Assembly: GCA_900550055.1 (NCBI GenBank)
Contig: URQU01000003.1
Coordinates: forward strand, 15,661-79,660
Direction: 5' to 3'
DNA from: an uncultured Coriobacteriaceae bacterium
GTDB taxonomy: Bacteria; Actinomycetota; Coriobacteriia; Coriobacteriales; Eggerthellaceae
Length of the DNA: 64,000 bases
In this document: positions 9,556 through 19,234 of the stretch, piece after piece
Layout of the letters: each line of letters opens with the position of its first letter
Position numbering within the stretch: the first letter of the stretch is position 1
Notes under the pieces: model-generated
Database searches by the model: none
Told to the model about the DNA's origin: nothing
Seen by the model: only the letters and a program-made list of their open reading frames with translations
Program-made: the position numbers and the translations under genes

Positions 9556-11181
9556 CTACTTGGAGAAGCGGCTGTAGTCGTAACCGCCCTCGCCGCCGCG
9601 CTTCTTGTTGTTGGCCTTGTGCTGGTTGCCGTTCTGGGCCTTGCGCTCCTTCTTGTGCAGACGAGCCTGGGCGTTCTTGGCGTTGCGGCGGGAGCGGAAC
9701 TCCTCGTCGGAGAGCCATTCGCCGTTGCGGCCGGCGCCGCCCTTGCCGCGATGGCCGCCCTTGCTGCCGCCGCGATCGTTGCGGTTGTCGCGATCGAAGC
9801 GGCCGCCACGGTCGTTGCGGTCCTTGCGGTCGAAGCGGCCCTTGCCGCCGCGGCCGCCGCGCTCGCCGCGGGTGACCAGCGAGTCGTCCTCGCGACGGCG
9901 ACGACCCTCGCCGGCGTTGGGCCTGCGGCCCTCGCGCTCAGCGCGCTCGGCGTGCTTCTCGCCGGTGCGGCGGGCGCCTGCCGGCTTGTTGCCGCCGCGG
10001 CGCGTGCCGCCCTTGCGCTCCCCGCGCTTGGGCTTCTCCAGCACGGAGGGGTCGGTCTCGTAGCCTTCGATGGTAGTGAAGGGGATGTCCTTGCCGATGA
10101 GCTTCTCGATCTCCTTGAGCGTCTTCATGGTCTCGCGCGTGACGAAGGAGATGGCGAAGCCCTCCTCGCCGGCACGGCCCGTGCGGCCGATGCGGTGCAC
10201 GTAGTCCTCGGCCATGTCGGGCAGGTCGAAGTTGATGACGTAGTTCACCTCGGGCACGTCGATGCCGCGTGCCAGCACGTCGGTGGCCACCAGGATGTCG
10301 GTCTTGCCGCGGCGGAAGTTCTCCAGGGCGCGACGGCGGCGGCCCTGGGTCTTGTCGGAGTGGATGGACTCGGCGTGGAAACCGGCGGCCTCAAGCGCTT
10401 CGGCGCACTCCTCGGTGCGGTTCTTGGTGCGGGCGAACACGATGACGCGCTCGTGGCCCTTGTCGTTGAGCACCGCTTCCAAAAGCTCCTGCTTCTTGCG
10501 GTTGGCGATGGGCATGATGTACTGCGCCACGGTGGCCGCGGTCTCGCCGTTGCGGGCGATCTCGACGATGGCCGGGTCCTTCAGCAGGTTGCCCAGGTTC
10601 TTCTGGATGGAGCTGTCGATGGTCGCGGAGAACAGCAGCGTCTGGCGCTCGGCCGGCGTGTGCTCTACGATCTTGGTGACGTCGGGCAGGAAGCCCATGT
10701 CAAGCATGCGGTCGGCCTCGTCGAGCACGAGCACCTTCGTCTCGGACAGATCGACGACGCCGCGGTCCATCAGGTCGTTCAGGCGGCCGGGCGTGGCGAT
10801 AAGCACATCGGTGCCGCCGCGCAGCTCGCGGATCTGCGGGCCGTAGGGCGTGCCGCCGTACACGGTGGTCACGAAGTGGCCGGTTTTGCGGGAGATTTGC
10901 ATGCACGTGCGGCTGATCTGCTGAGCCAGCTCGCGCGTGGGGCTGACGACGCACACGCGCGGGGCGCGGCCGCGGCCCTTCATGCGCTCGAGCGTGGACA
11001 GCGTAGGCAGCAGGAACGCTGCGGTCTTGCCGGTGCCGGTGGAGGCGGCGGCGATGACGTCGCGGCCTTCCAGGATGTAAGGGATGGACTGCTCTTGAAC
11101 GGGCGTGGGGGAGTCATAGCCCATGCGTTCGACGGCGGCGAGGGCTGCCTCGGACAGGCCCAGTTCTGCAAATGCGGTCAT
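9556..11181 (-). CDS. DEAD-box ATP-dependent RNA helicase with an Arg/Gly-rich C-terminal tail
   Basis: Q-motif region, AxxGxGKT (ASTGTGKTAAF), DEAD box (VLDEADRMLDMGF), SAT and HRIGRTGR are all present. The start is placed at MTAFAELGL (ATG 11181). The tail is an RGG/RDR repeat. Confidence 0.9.
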   Translation of the reverse strand: MTAFAELGLSEAALAAVERMGYDSPTPVQEQSIPYILEGRDVIAAASTGTGKTAAFLLPTLSTLERMKGRGRAPRVCVVSPTRELAQQISRTCMQISRKTGHFVTTVYGGTPYGPQIRELRGGTDVLIATPGRLNDLMDRGVVDLSETKVLVLDEADRMLDMGFLPDVTKIVEHTPAERQTLLFSATIDSSIQKNLGNLLKDPAIVEIARNGETAATVAQYIMPIANRKKQELLEAVLNDKGHERVIVFARTKNRTEECAEALEAAGFHAESIHSDKTQGRRRRALENFRRGKTDILVATDVLARGIDVPEVNYVINFDLPDMAEDYVHRIGRTGRAGEEGFAISFVTRETMKTLKEIEKLIGKDIPFTTIEGYETDPSVLEKPKRGERKGGTRRGGNKPAGARRTGEKHAERAEREGRRPNAGEGRRRREDDSLVTRGERGGRGGKGRFDRKDRNDRGGRFDRDNRNDRGGSKGGHRGKGGAGRNGEWLSDEEFRSRRNAKNAQARLHKKERKAQNGNQHKANNKKRGGEGGYDYSRFSK

Positions 11182-11582
11182 GTAAGATCCGTTTCTCTTC
11201 GCGGAAGCAGCGCGCAGCAAACCAAGGCGTCCGGAAACGGGCGGCATCGGTTTCAGTCAAGCGCTTGCAACCTATGTACCAATTCATCGCACCCGCCCCA
11301 GGCGGCGTGCTTGCGCTTGACGCGAGCCGCTTTCTATATGCCTTGCGCGGTGCGTGGAAGAGCGCGCGAAAAGAAGATTAGAAAGAATTTCGTGAGAAGC
11401 AACCCGCTTATTATGATGGTGTTTTCACAAAATGGAAGCGCTTGAGCCCGAAAAGACCGCGATTGTGCACGAATCTCCACGGCTTTCGGTCTTTTCTGCT
11501 GAAGTGGAGCAACTTTGTACCCGCCCCTCCATTGCGGGGTATAATGGTAAGGCTATTGCCCCGAGACTTGAGAGGTTTATTC

Positions 11583-12248
11583 ATGACATTGCTCGAGCTG
11601 CTTCAGCTTATGCGCAAGCATCTGAAGCTCATGATCGTCCTGCCTATCGTGTGCGCGCTTGCGACCGCCGTGGTCTGCTTCGTCGCGCTGCCCAACACGT
11701 ATACCGCTTCCACCAGCATGTACGTGCTTGCGAAGCAGTCTTCGGCGAGCTCCGACAATGCTGCGAACTACTCCAACCTCAACGCCAGCCAGATGATGGC
11801 CAACGACGTGTCCACGCTTCTCAAGAGCGACCGCATCGAGGCCGACACCGCAAAGGACCTGCATCTCGAGTCGCTGAAGGGGTACTCCACCAAGGTCACC
11901 AGCGAGACCACCTCGCGCGTCATCACGCTTTCCGTCACCGGCACCGACCCGGATATCGCCGCCACCATCGCCAACGACATGGCCAGCAACGTCTCCAAGG
12001 TCGCGCAGCAGGTCATGGACGTCCAGTCGGTCAACGTTATCGACCAGGCCACGGCCCCCACGGCGCCCTCCGGCCCCAATCGTCCCATGTACATCGCCGT
12101 CGCGCTGCTCGCCGGCTTGTTCGTCGCCATCGCCATCGTCGTGGTGTCCGATATGCTCAACACGAAGGTGCGCAACGCCGACGAGATCGAAGACCTGCTG
12201 GGCCTGCCCGTCATCGGCCGCATGCCTGCTCTCAAGGGAGGTAAATAA
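11583..12248 (+). CDS. polysaccharide chain-length determinant (Wzz/CpsC/CapA-like)
   Basis: Two TMs flank a periplasmic loop. The start is placed at MTLLELLQ (ATG 11583). A tyrosine-kinase gene lies immediately downstream. Confidence 0.7.
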   Translation: MTLLELLQLMRKHLKLMIVLPIVCALATAVVCFVALPNTYTASTSMYVLAKQSSASSDNAANYSNLNASQMMANDVSTLLKSDRIEADTAKDLHLESLKGYSTKVTSETTSRVITLSVTGTDPDIAATIANDMASNVSKVAQQVMDVQSVNVIDQATAPTAPSGPNRPMYIAVALLAGLFVAIAIVVVSDMLNTKVRNADEIEDLLGLPVIGRMPALKGGK

Positions 12249-12251
12249 GCT

Positions 12252-13058
12252 ATGGCTCGCAAACCTAAAGGCGGCGACGATATGGAGATGCAGAACGCCG
12301 CGAAGACCCTGATGGCCAACATCCGCTTCATGAGCGTCGATAACCCCATCCGTTCCCTGGTGTTCACTAGCTCCATCCCCAACGAAGGCAAGTCCACGGT
12401 CACGTGCAACGTCGCCCGCGCCATCGCGTCCTCGGGCATGCGCGTGTGCCTGGTCGAGTGCGACATGCGCAATCGCACGCTGGCCGGCATGCTCGGCGTG
12501 CGCTCCACGGGCGGTCTGTACTCGGTGCTCTCCGATACCATGCCCATCCAGCAGGCCATCGTCTCCACCAACACCGAGAACATGTTCCTGCTCGATGCCG
12601 AGCCGCACATCCCCAATCCCGCCGACATCCTCGCCTCCAAGCGCTTCGCCGCGCTGGCCCATAAGCTTGAGCAGATGTTCGATTACGTCATCTTCGATAC
12701 GTCGCCCGTCGGCATGTTCGTCGATGCCGCCGTGGTCTCCACCATCGTCGACGCCGCCGTGCTGGTGGTGCGCGAGAACTTCACGAAGCGCCAGGCCGTG
12801 CTGCAGGCCTACGACCAGTTGAAGAAGGCCGGCGGCAACGTGGTGGGCGTCGTCATGAACTACTGCAACGTTGAGAAGTCCGAGTACTACTACGCTTACT
12901 ACAACCAGCAGGGCAAGCGCGAGAAGGGCTCCTCTTCCGCGGTGAAGGTCGATTCCCGCAACCTCGGTCCCAACGTCCCGCGCGGCGGCGGTAAGCATGG
13001 CGGTGCCGCGAACCCCGCTAACTACGGACGTCAGAACAACGGTGCTCGCAGAGGGTAG
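12252..13058 (+). CDS. BY-kinase (CpsD/CapB-like) tyrosine autokinase
   Basis: Walker A SIPNEGKSTV, Walker A' and Walker B (VIFDTSPV) are present, with a C-terminal Tyr-rich cluster YYYAYYNQQ. Confidence 0.85.
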   Translation: MARKPKGGDDMEMQNAAKTLMANIRFMSVDNPIRSLVFTSSIPNEGKSTVTCNVARAIASSGMRVCLVECDMRNRTLAGMLGVRSTGGLYSVLSDTMPIQQAIVSTNTENMFLLDAEPHIPNPADILASKRFAALAHKLEQMFDYVIFDTSPVGMFVDAAVVSTIVDAAVLVVRENFTKRQAVLQAYDQLKKAGGNVVGVVMNYCNVEKSEYYYAYYNQQGKREKGSSSAVKVDSRNLGPNVPRGGGKHGGAANPANYGRQNNGARRG

Positions 13059-13063
13059 TCGAC

Positions 13064-13708
13064 GTGCTTGACCTGCATTGCCATATCCTTCCCGGCGTTG
13101 ACGACGGGGCAAGCTGCCTCGGCGAGAGCGTGCGCATGATCCATGCCGCGTACAAGGCCGGCATCACCGAGATCGTGTGCACGCCGCATTGCCGCGACCC
13201 GTACTTCGATTTCGATGCCATGTGGGATGCGTTCAACCAGCTGGCCCCGCGTTCGCCCATCCCCATGCGCATGGGCTTCGAGGTGAATATCCGCAAGCTG
13301 CGCGAGCTGGGAATGGACTGGGCGCCCTACCTGTGCTTCCAGGATTCCAAGACGCTGCTGCTCGAGCTTTCCACGCACGCCAGCAAACGCGATTTCGAGG
13401 AATACGAACGTGAGATCTACGAGCTGCAGGGCATGGGGCTCGACGTGATCATCGCCCATCCCGAGCGCTACAAGGCCATCCAGGAGGATACCTCCATTGC
13501 GGAGCGCCTGGTCAGCTGCGGGTGCGTGTTGCAGGCATCGTCCGACTTCATCCGCGGCGGGCGTATGGGCAAGGAGCGCAAACCTGCCCAGCGTTTGTTC
13601 GAAGCCGGTTTGTACACCTACATCGCTAGCGATGCCCACTGCGTCGAACACTACGAAGCGTTTTCCGAAGCGGTGTATAAATTCGGGCATATGTTGCGAA
13701 CGGAATAG
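13064..13708 (+). CDS. PHP-family protein-tyrosine phosphatase (CpsB/Wzb-like)
   Basis: An HCHILPGVDDG N-terminal motif is present. It uses a GTG start directly after the kinase gene. Confidence 0.8.
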   Translation: MLDLHCHILPGVDDGASCLGESVRMIHAAYKAGITEIVCTPHCRDPYFDFDAMWDAFNQLAPRSPIPMRMGFEVNIRKLRELGMDWAPYLCFQDSKTLLLELSTHASKRDFEEYEREIYELQGMGLDVIIAHPERYKAIQEDTSIAERLVSCGCVLQASSDFIRGGRMGKERKPAQRLFEAGLYTYIASDAHCVEHYEAFSEAVYKFGHMLRTE

Positions 13709-13785
13709 CCGACGAAGGAATAGAATAGTCCACAGGTATTTCGGCCTGCCCTCCCAACGGAGGGCAGGCCTTTTTCGACAGGGGG

Positions 13786-14835
13786 ATGAGCATGCGCACC
13801 ATTACGTTGGGGTCTACCGGTATCGTCACGCCGCAGAATGCGTTCGGGGCGCTGCCGATTCAACGCATCTCCGAACAGGACGCCGTGGCGCTGCTTCGCC
13901 GCGCGTTCGAGGGCGGCATGACGTTCTTCGACACGGCGCGCGCGTATTCCAACAGCGAGGAGCGCGTTGGCCTTGCATTCGAGGGCATGCGCGGTAAGGT
14001 CGCCATCGCCACTAAAACCCAGGCCCGCACGCCCGAGGCGTTTTGGGAAGATCTGGAAACGTCGCTGCGCCTTTTGCGCACCGACCATGTTGACCTATAC
14101 CAGTTCCACTGCGTCGACCAGTGCTACAAGCCAGGCGACGGCACCGGCATGTATGAGTGCATGCTCATGGCCAAGGAGCAGGGCAAGATTGCCCACATCG
14201 GCGTGACGGCGCACAAGCTCGAGGTTGCCTTCGAGTGCGTGGAAAGCGGCCTGTACGAAACGCTGCAGTACCCGCTCAGCTACCTTGCCTCCGACCGCGA
14301 GCTTGAGCTGGTTGCCCTGTGCGAGCAGCGCAACGTCGGCTTTATCGCCATGAAAGGCCTGGCCGGCGGCCTGCTCACTAACGCCCGCGCCTGCATGGCG
14401 TTCATGACCCAGTTCCCGGGCGTGCTGCCCATCTGGGGCGTGCAGCGCGAGGAAGAGCTCGATGAGTGGCTTGCGTTCATGACCGAAACGCCGCAGCTTG
14501 ACGAAGGGACGCGCGCGTTCATCGCCTCCGAGCGCGCCGAGCTTGCCGGCGATTTCTGCCGCGGTTGCGGCTACTGCATGTCGTGCCCGCAGGAGATCGT
14601 CATCAACCAGTGCGCCCGTATGTCGCTCATGATCCGCCGCGCGCCGTCGAAGGGGTGGCTTGGCGAAGAGTGGCAGCAGCGCATGAACGCCATCGAGGAC
14701 TGCACCGAGTGCTACGCATGCACCGTGCGCTGCCCCTACGAGCTGGACATTCCTCAGCTTCTGAAGAAGAACCTGGCCGATTACCGCGCCGTCCTGGCGG
14801 GCAGCGTGGATGTGAAGGGCGCAGGGGAGGAATAG
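13786..14835 (+). CDS. aldo/keto reductase with a C-terminal 4Fe-4S-binding Cys-rich domain
   Basis: An AKR N-terminus (FFDTARAYSNSEERVG) is followed by C-terminal CRGCGYCMSCP and CTECYACTVRCP motifs. Confidence 0.75.
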   Translation: MSMRTITLGSTGIVTPQNAFGALPIQRISEQDAVALLRRAFEGGMTFFDTARAYSNSEERVGLAFEGMRGKVAIATKTQARTPEAFWEDLETSLRLLRTDHVDLYQFHCVDQCYKPGDGTGMYECMLMAKEQGKIAHIGVTAHKLEVAFECVESGLYETLQYPLSYLASDRELELVALCEQRNVGFIAMKGLAGGLLTNARACMAFMTQFPGVLPIWGVQREEELDEWLAFMTETPQLDEGTRAFIASERAELAGDFCRGCGYCMSCPQEIVINQCARMSLMIRRAPSKGWLGEEWQQRMNAIEDCTECYACTVRCPYELDIPQLLKKNLADYRAVLAGSVDVKGAGEE

Positions 14836-14973
14836 CCTCAGGACAAGCTCGCCGCAACATGTCATCCCTGGTAATTTGGCTTCTTATGTGGTTACATAAT
14901 CGCTAGCAAGCGAAGCGGGCGCGCCCCTTTGGCGCGCCCGCTTTCACGTTCGGCGGGCTGAATAGGGGTTCAC

Positions 14974-15825
14974 ATGGAAGCTTGGCTGCAGGGGATCTTC
15001 GCCGACACGCCGGTGCTCACGGTGCCGTGGAGCATCGACTATTTCAGCGTCATCGCCGGCGTGCTCACCGGCGCGCTGTTCGCGTGCGACCGCAAGCTCG
15101 ACATCATCGGCACGGTGGTGTGCGGGTTGATCACGGGCTACGGCGGCGGCGTGCTGCGCGACACACTCATGCAGGGCACGGGCGTGTATTTCACCTCGCA
15201 TCCCGACCTTATCGTCACCTGCATCCTCATCTGCGCGTTCGTGTTCTACTTCCGCGGCATATTCAAGCATCTCGAGGCAACGGTATTCCTGGCCGATGCG
15301 CTGTCGGTCGGCTTGTTCGCGCTTGCTGGCGCTTCGAAGGCGGTTGCTTTCGAGCAGGGTATGGTGCTGTCGGTCATCATGGGCGGCATCACGGCGGTCG
15401 GCGGCGGCGCCATCCGCGACATCTGCGTCGGCGAGGTGCCCGGCGTGTTCCAGCGCAGCAACTACTATGCCGTTGCGGGGCTTGGCGGCGCGGCGGTGTA
15501 CGTGGTGCTGGCGCGCTTCGGGTGTCCCTTGGCGCTCGCGGGCATCGCATGCGTGCTCGCCGTGGTGGCGCTGCGTTATTGGAGCGTGTACTTCGATTGG
15601 CGCACAACCTCCGAGGCCGACCTGACGCCGCGCATCGCCCGCGGCCTGCATCGCGTGGGCGAAGTGCTGTCGGGGCTTTTCCTGCATGGCGGCGACTCCG
15701 AGCGGCATCAGCGGCACGCCGGCGCGCGCATCGCCCGCGGCGCCAGCCGTGATGACGAAGCGCGCAAGGGCTCATCGGGCGGCAGCGATGCCGCGAACAG
15801 CGATTGGCCCGCCAACATGCGCTAA
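14974..15825 (+). CDS. UPF0126/TRIC-like (glycine-transporter-domain) membrane protein
   Basis: It contains two repeats of the GGGxLRD motif (GYGGGVLRD and AVGGGAIRD) in a 7-TM protein. Confidence 0.7.
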   Translation: MEAWLQGIFADTPVLTVPWSIDYFSVIAGVLTGALFACDRKLDIIGTVVCGLITGYGGGVLRDTLMQGTGVYFTSHPDLIVTCILICAFVFYFRGIFKHLEATVFLADALSVGLFALAGASKAVAFEQGMVLSVIMGGITAVGGGAIRDICVGEVPGVFQRSNYYAVAGLGGAAVYVVLARFGCPLALAGIACVLAVVALRYWSVYFDWRTTSEADLTPRIARGLHRVGEVLSGLFLHGGDSERHQRHAGARIARGASRDDEARKGSSGGSDAANSDWPANMR

Positions 15826-15843
15826 CCGGGTCGGCTTCAAGCG

Positions 15844-16026
15844 TTGAGCCATCCGCGTGTTGCGCCGATATATCGTTGCTGGACCAGGGATGATCAGAGT
15901 TTTGAGGGGAAGGCAGCGAATCTGCTGTATTTCGTTGTGAAGAATCACTCGCTTCACGATGGCGATAAACGAATCGCGGCAACGTTGTTCCTGCATTTTC
16001 TCAACATGAACGATGCTCTTTTGTAA
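15844..16026 (+). pseudogene. truncated Doc/Fic-domain toxin remnant
   Basis: The 60-aa fragment has HSLHDGDKRIAATLF, resembling the Doc/Fic core HxFxDGNKR followed by a hydrophobic helix. It sits in a locally AT-richer patch, uses a TTG start, and lacks N-terminal and C-terminal domains. Confidence 0.35.
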
Positions 16027-16369
16027 AACGGAGACAAGCGCATATCGGATAGTGCGCTTGTCTCCGTAACCGTTCTTCCTTGCAAGCTCCCTTACTTGCT
16101 CTTACCGGAGCAGCGGGGCATGATAGCTGCCGGTGGTTGGGCGTGCCGGGCAACATGTGCGGCAGCATGATGCGGTATGCGTTTGTCGGGTTTTGGTTGT
16201 CAAACGACGGCTCCTTGCGCAGCGAAACCCTGGTTGCCCGCATCGGACGCATGATCGATCGCATGATAGAGCGCTTCGTCCTGTGGTGGGCGGCTCCCGC
16301 GGGTCATGCTATATTGTCCTATGACTATCGAAACCGTAAGTTGGATGCGCTTGCTGGAGGGAGACGCCG

Positions 16370-17326
16370 ATGCTGGGCGAGATGCCTGTCTGGTATTTGT
16401 TTCTTGGCGGAAGCGGCGCCGGCTTGCTGCTGGTCACCGGCGTGACGATGCTGTTCGTGCCGTCTTGGGACCGCATGGTCTCGCATGGCATCGCAGGCGA
16501 TCTCTATGGCGTTGGCGGCGTATACGGGTGTTTGGCGCGTTTGTTCGTCCCTGCCTGTGCCACCGCTGCCGTGCTCCTTGTCGTGGGCATCTCATGCCTT
16601 GCCCTCGATCTAGGTGCAACCGATCGTGCCGTGCTATTGTTCTTCAGCCCGCGGCTTACGTTCATCTCGGCAGGCGCGTGGCTGCTTTCCGCTGCCGTGT
16701 TGGTCGATGTCGCGCTTTTGGCGGCATGGGCGAGTGAGCCGAGCCGACGGCGCAGGCATGGGCGCGTTTTGCCCGTTGCGGCGGTATTGCTAGGCTTTGC
16801 GGTTGCGGCGTACACGGGTTTGCTCCTGCAATCGCTTTCAGCTGTACCGCTTTGGGAAACGCCGTTGCTGCCATGCCTGTTCGTGCTGTCATCGCTTTCG
16901 TGCGGTGTGGCGCTTATGGTCGTGGTGGTGAAGCTATCGGGCGTAGCGGATCGGTTCGAGGCGGTTGTGCGCCGATGGGAGTGCATCGACGTCGTGGTGC
17001 TGCTCGCGGAGGCGGCTTGCGCAGCGGGTTTTCTGGTCATGCAAATCGCACGTGCGAGGTCGGGCGACTCGGGCACGCTGTTGGCGCTGGGGGCATCGCT
17101 TCAAACGCTGCTTGCCGGTGCGGACGCATGGGTGTTCTGGGGCGTGTTCGGCTGCGTGGGTCTTGCCGCCCCGTTGGCCATGGCAATTGCCAGCATCCGC
17201 TTCAAGCCCTCGCCCCTTGTCCCGTTCGCCCAGGCCGCTTGCGCGCTTGCGGGCGCATTCGCCATGCGATGGAGCATCACGGCTGCTGGGGTGCACCCTA
17301 TTTTGCAATCTGCAGGTTTGTCATAA
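16370..17326 (+). CDS. polytopic integral membrane protein (about 8 to 9 TM), function unknown
   Basis: It is 318 aa and almost entirely hydrophobic helices. It sits immediately upstream of and adjacent to a GntR regulator. Confidence 0.5.
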   Translation: MLGEMPVWYLFLGGSGAGLLLVTGVTMLFVPSWDRMVSHGIAGDLYGVGGVYGCLARLFVPACATAAVLLVVGISCLALDLGATDRAVLLFFSPRLTFISAGAWLLSAAVLVDVALLAAWASEPSRRRRHGRVLPVAAVLLGFAVAAYTGLLLQSLSAVPLWETPLLPCLFVLSSLSCGVALMVVVVKLSGVADRFEAVVRRWECIDVVVLLAEAACAAGFLVMQIARARSGDSGTLLALGASLQTLLAGADAWVFWGVFGCVGLAAPLAMAIASIRFKPSPLVPFAQAACALAGAFAMRWSITAAGVHPILQSAGLS

Positions 17327-17338
17327 AGGAAGGTTGCC

Positions 17339-17830
17339 ATGCGGCAGAAACAGCAAGACGCTTTTCCCTTCGTCGTCGATGAATCAAGCGACGTGCCCCT
17401 GTGGGTGCAGCTGCGTCAGCGTATCATGCATCTGATAAGCACGGGATATTTCAAGCCCGGGGACAAGCTGCCCACCGTCCGCGGCTTGGCACAGGAGGTG
17501 TCGATCAACTACAACACGGTCAACAAAGCGTATCTGAGCCTGGTGTCCGACGGCATTTTGGAGTCGGCTCGCGGCCGCGGCGTGTTCGTGCGCGATGTCG
17601 TTGCCGAAGAAGGCGCCGAACACGCGCAGGAGGTCGAGGGCATTTTGGACGATTGCATTTCCGCTTGCCGTGACCTGGGGCTTTCGCTGGAGGATATCCA
17701 ACAGCACATGACCCGGCGCATCCTTCAGCTGCAGAAGGCGCAGGCAGGCGGCGAAAGCTGCGGCGAGGGCGCGCGTATCGTGCGCGTGGACGTGCATCAA
17801 GGCGTCGCAAACGCGCAAACCGGAGCGTAA
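17339..17830 (+). CDS. GntR-family transcriptional regulator
   Basis: A winged HTH is visible in LPTVRGLAQEVSINYNTVNKAYLSLVSDGILESARGRGVFV. Confidence 0.75.
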   Translation: MRQKQQDAFPFVVDESSDVPLWVQLRQRIMHLISTGYFKPGDKLPTVRGLAQEVSINYNTVNKAYLSLVSDGILESARGRGVFVRDVVAEEGAEHAQEVEGILDDCISACRDLGLSLEDIQQHMTRRILQLQKAQAGGESCGEGARIVRVDVHQGVANAQTGA

Positions 17831-17840
17831 AGGGGGAGCC

Positions 17841-18848
17841 ATGGCTTTTTCAGCATCGAGACAAAAGGGCGATTCTCGTCACCGTCGATGGGAGGACGCG
17901 GATGAGCGGCGTTCGCTAGACCGTTTCGCCGTGGTTCCGCAGGCTCATACCGAAGTGATAGGCGAGGTGGCCTCGAGCACCGGCGTGCTCCTGTTCTCCT
18001 GCGCGGTGTTCGCAGTCGTGTTCTGCGTCGTTGCGGGCATATGGTTCGCCGTAAGCGGCCGCATCGGGGCAATTGCGTTGGTCGCCGCTGCGCTTGCATC
18101 GGTTCTCGCGTGCATGTCCGTGCACATCGCGCAGCAATGGGAAAGAGTGGTGGTGTTGCGCTTCGGAAAGCTGAACCGTGTCTCGGGGCCGGGCTTGTTC
18201 TGGACGATTCCCGTGATCGAGCAGAACACCATGCGCGTCGATGGGCGCACGCGCGTGACCGCATTCGGCGCCGAGGAGACCTTGACCAGCGATTTGGTGC
18301 CGCTGAACGTGAATGCCGTCCTGTTCTGGATGGTCTACGATGCCGAGGCGGCTTGCACGGAGGTCGGCGACTTCACCCGTGCGGTGGAGCTGTCGGCTCA
18401 AACGGCGCTGCGCGATGCCATAGGCCGCGGCACGGCTGCGGAAGTGGCCATTCGCCGCCAGCAATTGGATCGCGAGTTGAAGGCCGCGCTCGAGGAGAAG
18501 TGCTCGCAGTGGGGCATTGCCGTGTTGTCCGTCGAGATCCGCGACATCCTGCTGCCGAAAGAGCTGCAGGACACCATGTCGCTTGAGGCGCAGGCCGAGC
18601 AGCGAAAGAAGGCGCGCATCATCCTTGCGGAGGCCGAACAGGATATTTGCGACATGATGACCGACATGGGCCAGGCGTATGCTGGAAACGATGCCGCGTT
18701 GCGCCTGCGCGCCATGCACTTGCTCTATGAGAGCGTTCGCGAAACGGGCGGCACCGTGGTGGTGCCTTCGAGCTTCAGCGAAGGGTTCGGGGATGTGCTG
18801 GGCGATTCGGCGAAAGAAGCATTGCGCGGGAAGGGTGCGGGGCTGTAG
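17841..18848 (+). CDS. SPFH/band-7 (stomatin/prohibitin-like) membrane protein
   Basis: An N-terminal TM pair is followed by a band-7 core (VVLRFGKLNRVSGPGLFWTIPVIE ... LPKELQDTMSLEAQAEQRKKARII). Confidence 0.8.
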   Translation: MAFSASRQKGDSRHRRWEDADERRSLDRFAVVPQAHTEVIGEVASSTGVLLFSCAVFAVVFCVVAGIWFAVSGRIGAIALVAAALASVLACMSVHIAQQWERVVVLRFGKLNRVSGPGLFWTIPVIEQNTMRVDGRTRVTAFGAEETLTSDLVPLNVNAVLFWMVYDAEAACTEVGDFTRAVELSAQTALRDAIGRGTAAEVAIRRQQLDRELKAALEEKCSQWGIAVLSVEIRDILLPKELQDTMSLEAQAEQRKKARIILAEAEQDICDMMTDMGQAYAGNDAALRLRAMHLLYESVRETGGTVVVPSSFSEGFGDVLGDSAKEALRGKGAGL

Positions 18849-19028
18849 TCTGCCGAGGTCGGCGCAGGTCGATGCAACGTGCAACAAGGCGCGGTGCAGG
18901 GATTCCCCTGCCGAGCCCAAGCGATTCGCGATCGGGATGGCCGACAGGGCGCCCCGGTCGTCCAGGTTGCGTGATCGCCGTCGAAACCCTTGTTTACAAT
19001 ATTCTCAAAATAGAATAATAAGACACGA

Positions 19029-19070
19029 AAAATTGTCATAGGATAATCTTGATTGTCCTATGACAATTTC
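19029..19070. promoter_or_regulatory. near-perfect 17-bp inverted repeat (candidate operator) in the AT-rich leader of the molybdoenzyme operon
   Basis: The sequence is attgtcataggataatc-tt-gattgtcctatgacaat, with one mismatch. It lies about 170 bp upstream of the Tat-subunit start in the only AT-rich stretch of the region. Confidence 0.45.
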
Positions 19071-19234
19071 ATATAGTGCAGGTAACGGAATCTGGCCGGT
19101 TTCCCATAAGGAGAGCCGCACCCGCTCCGGGTGCGCAATGGGGGGATGCTGAAACGAGGTCGTGCAACGTCAAGATGATGCGGCGTTTGCGTGATTGCGG
19201 CATATCCCGAAATCACGAACCATGAGGAGGAGAA

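Noticed and set aside
9316-11445. 709-aa plus-strand ORF
   Set aside because: It is antisense to the DEAD-box helicase gene and is Ala/Gly/Val/Leu low-complexity, so it is a GC artefact.
11577-13112. 511-aa minus-strand ORF
   Set aside because: It is antisense to the Wzz / BY-kinase genes, which have strong motifs. It is Gly/Asp/His-rich junk.
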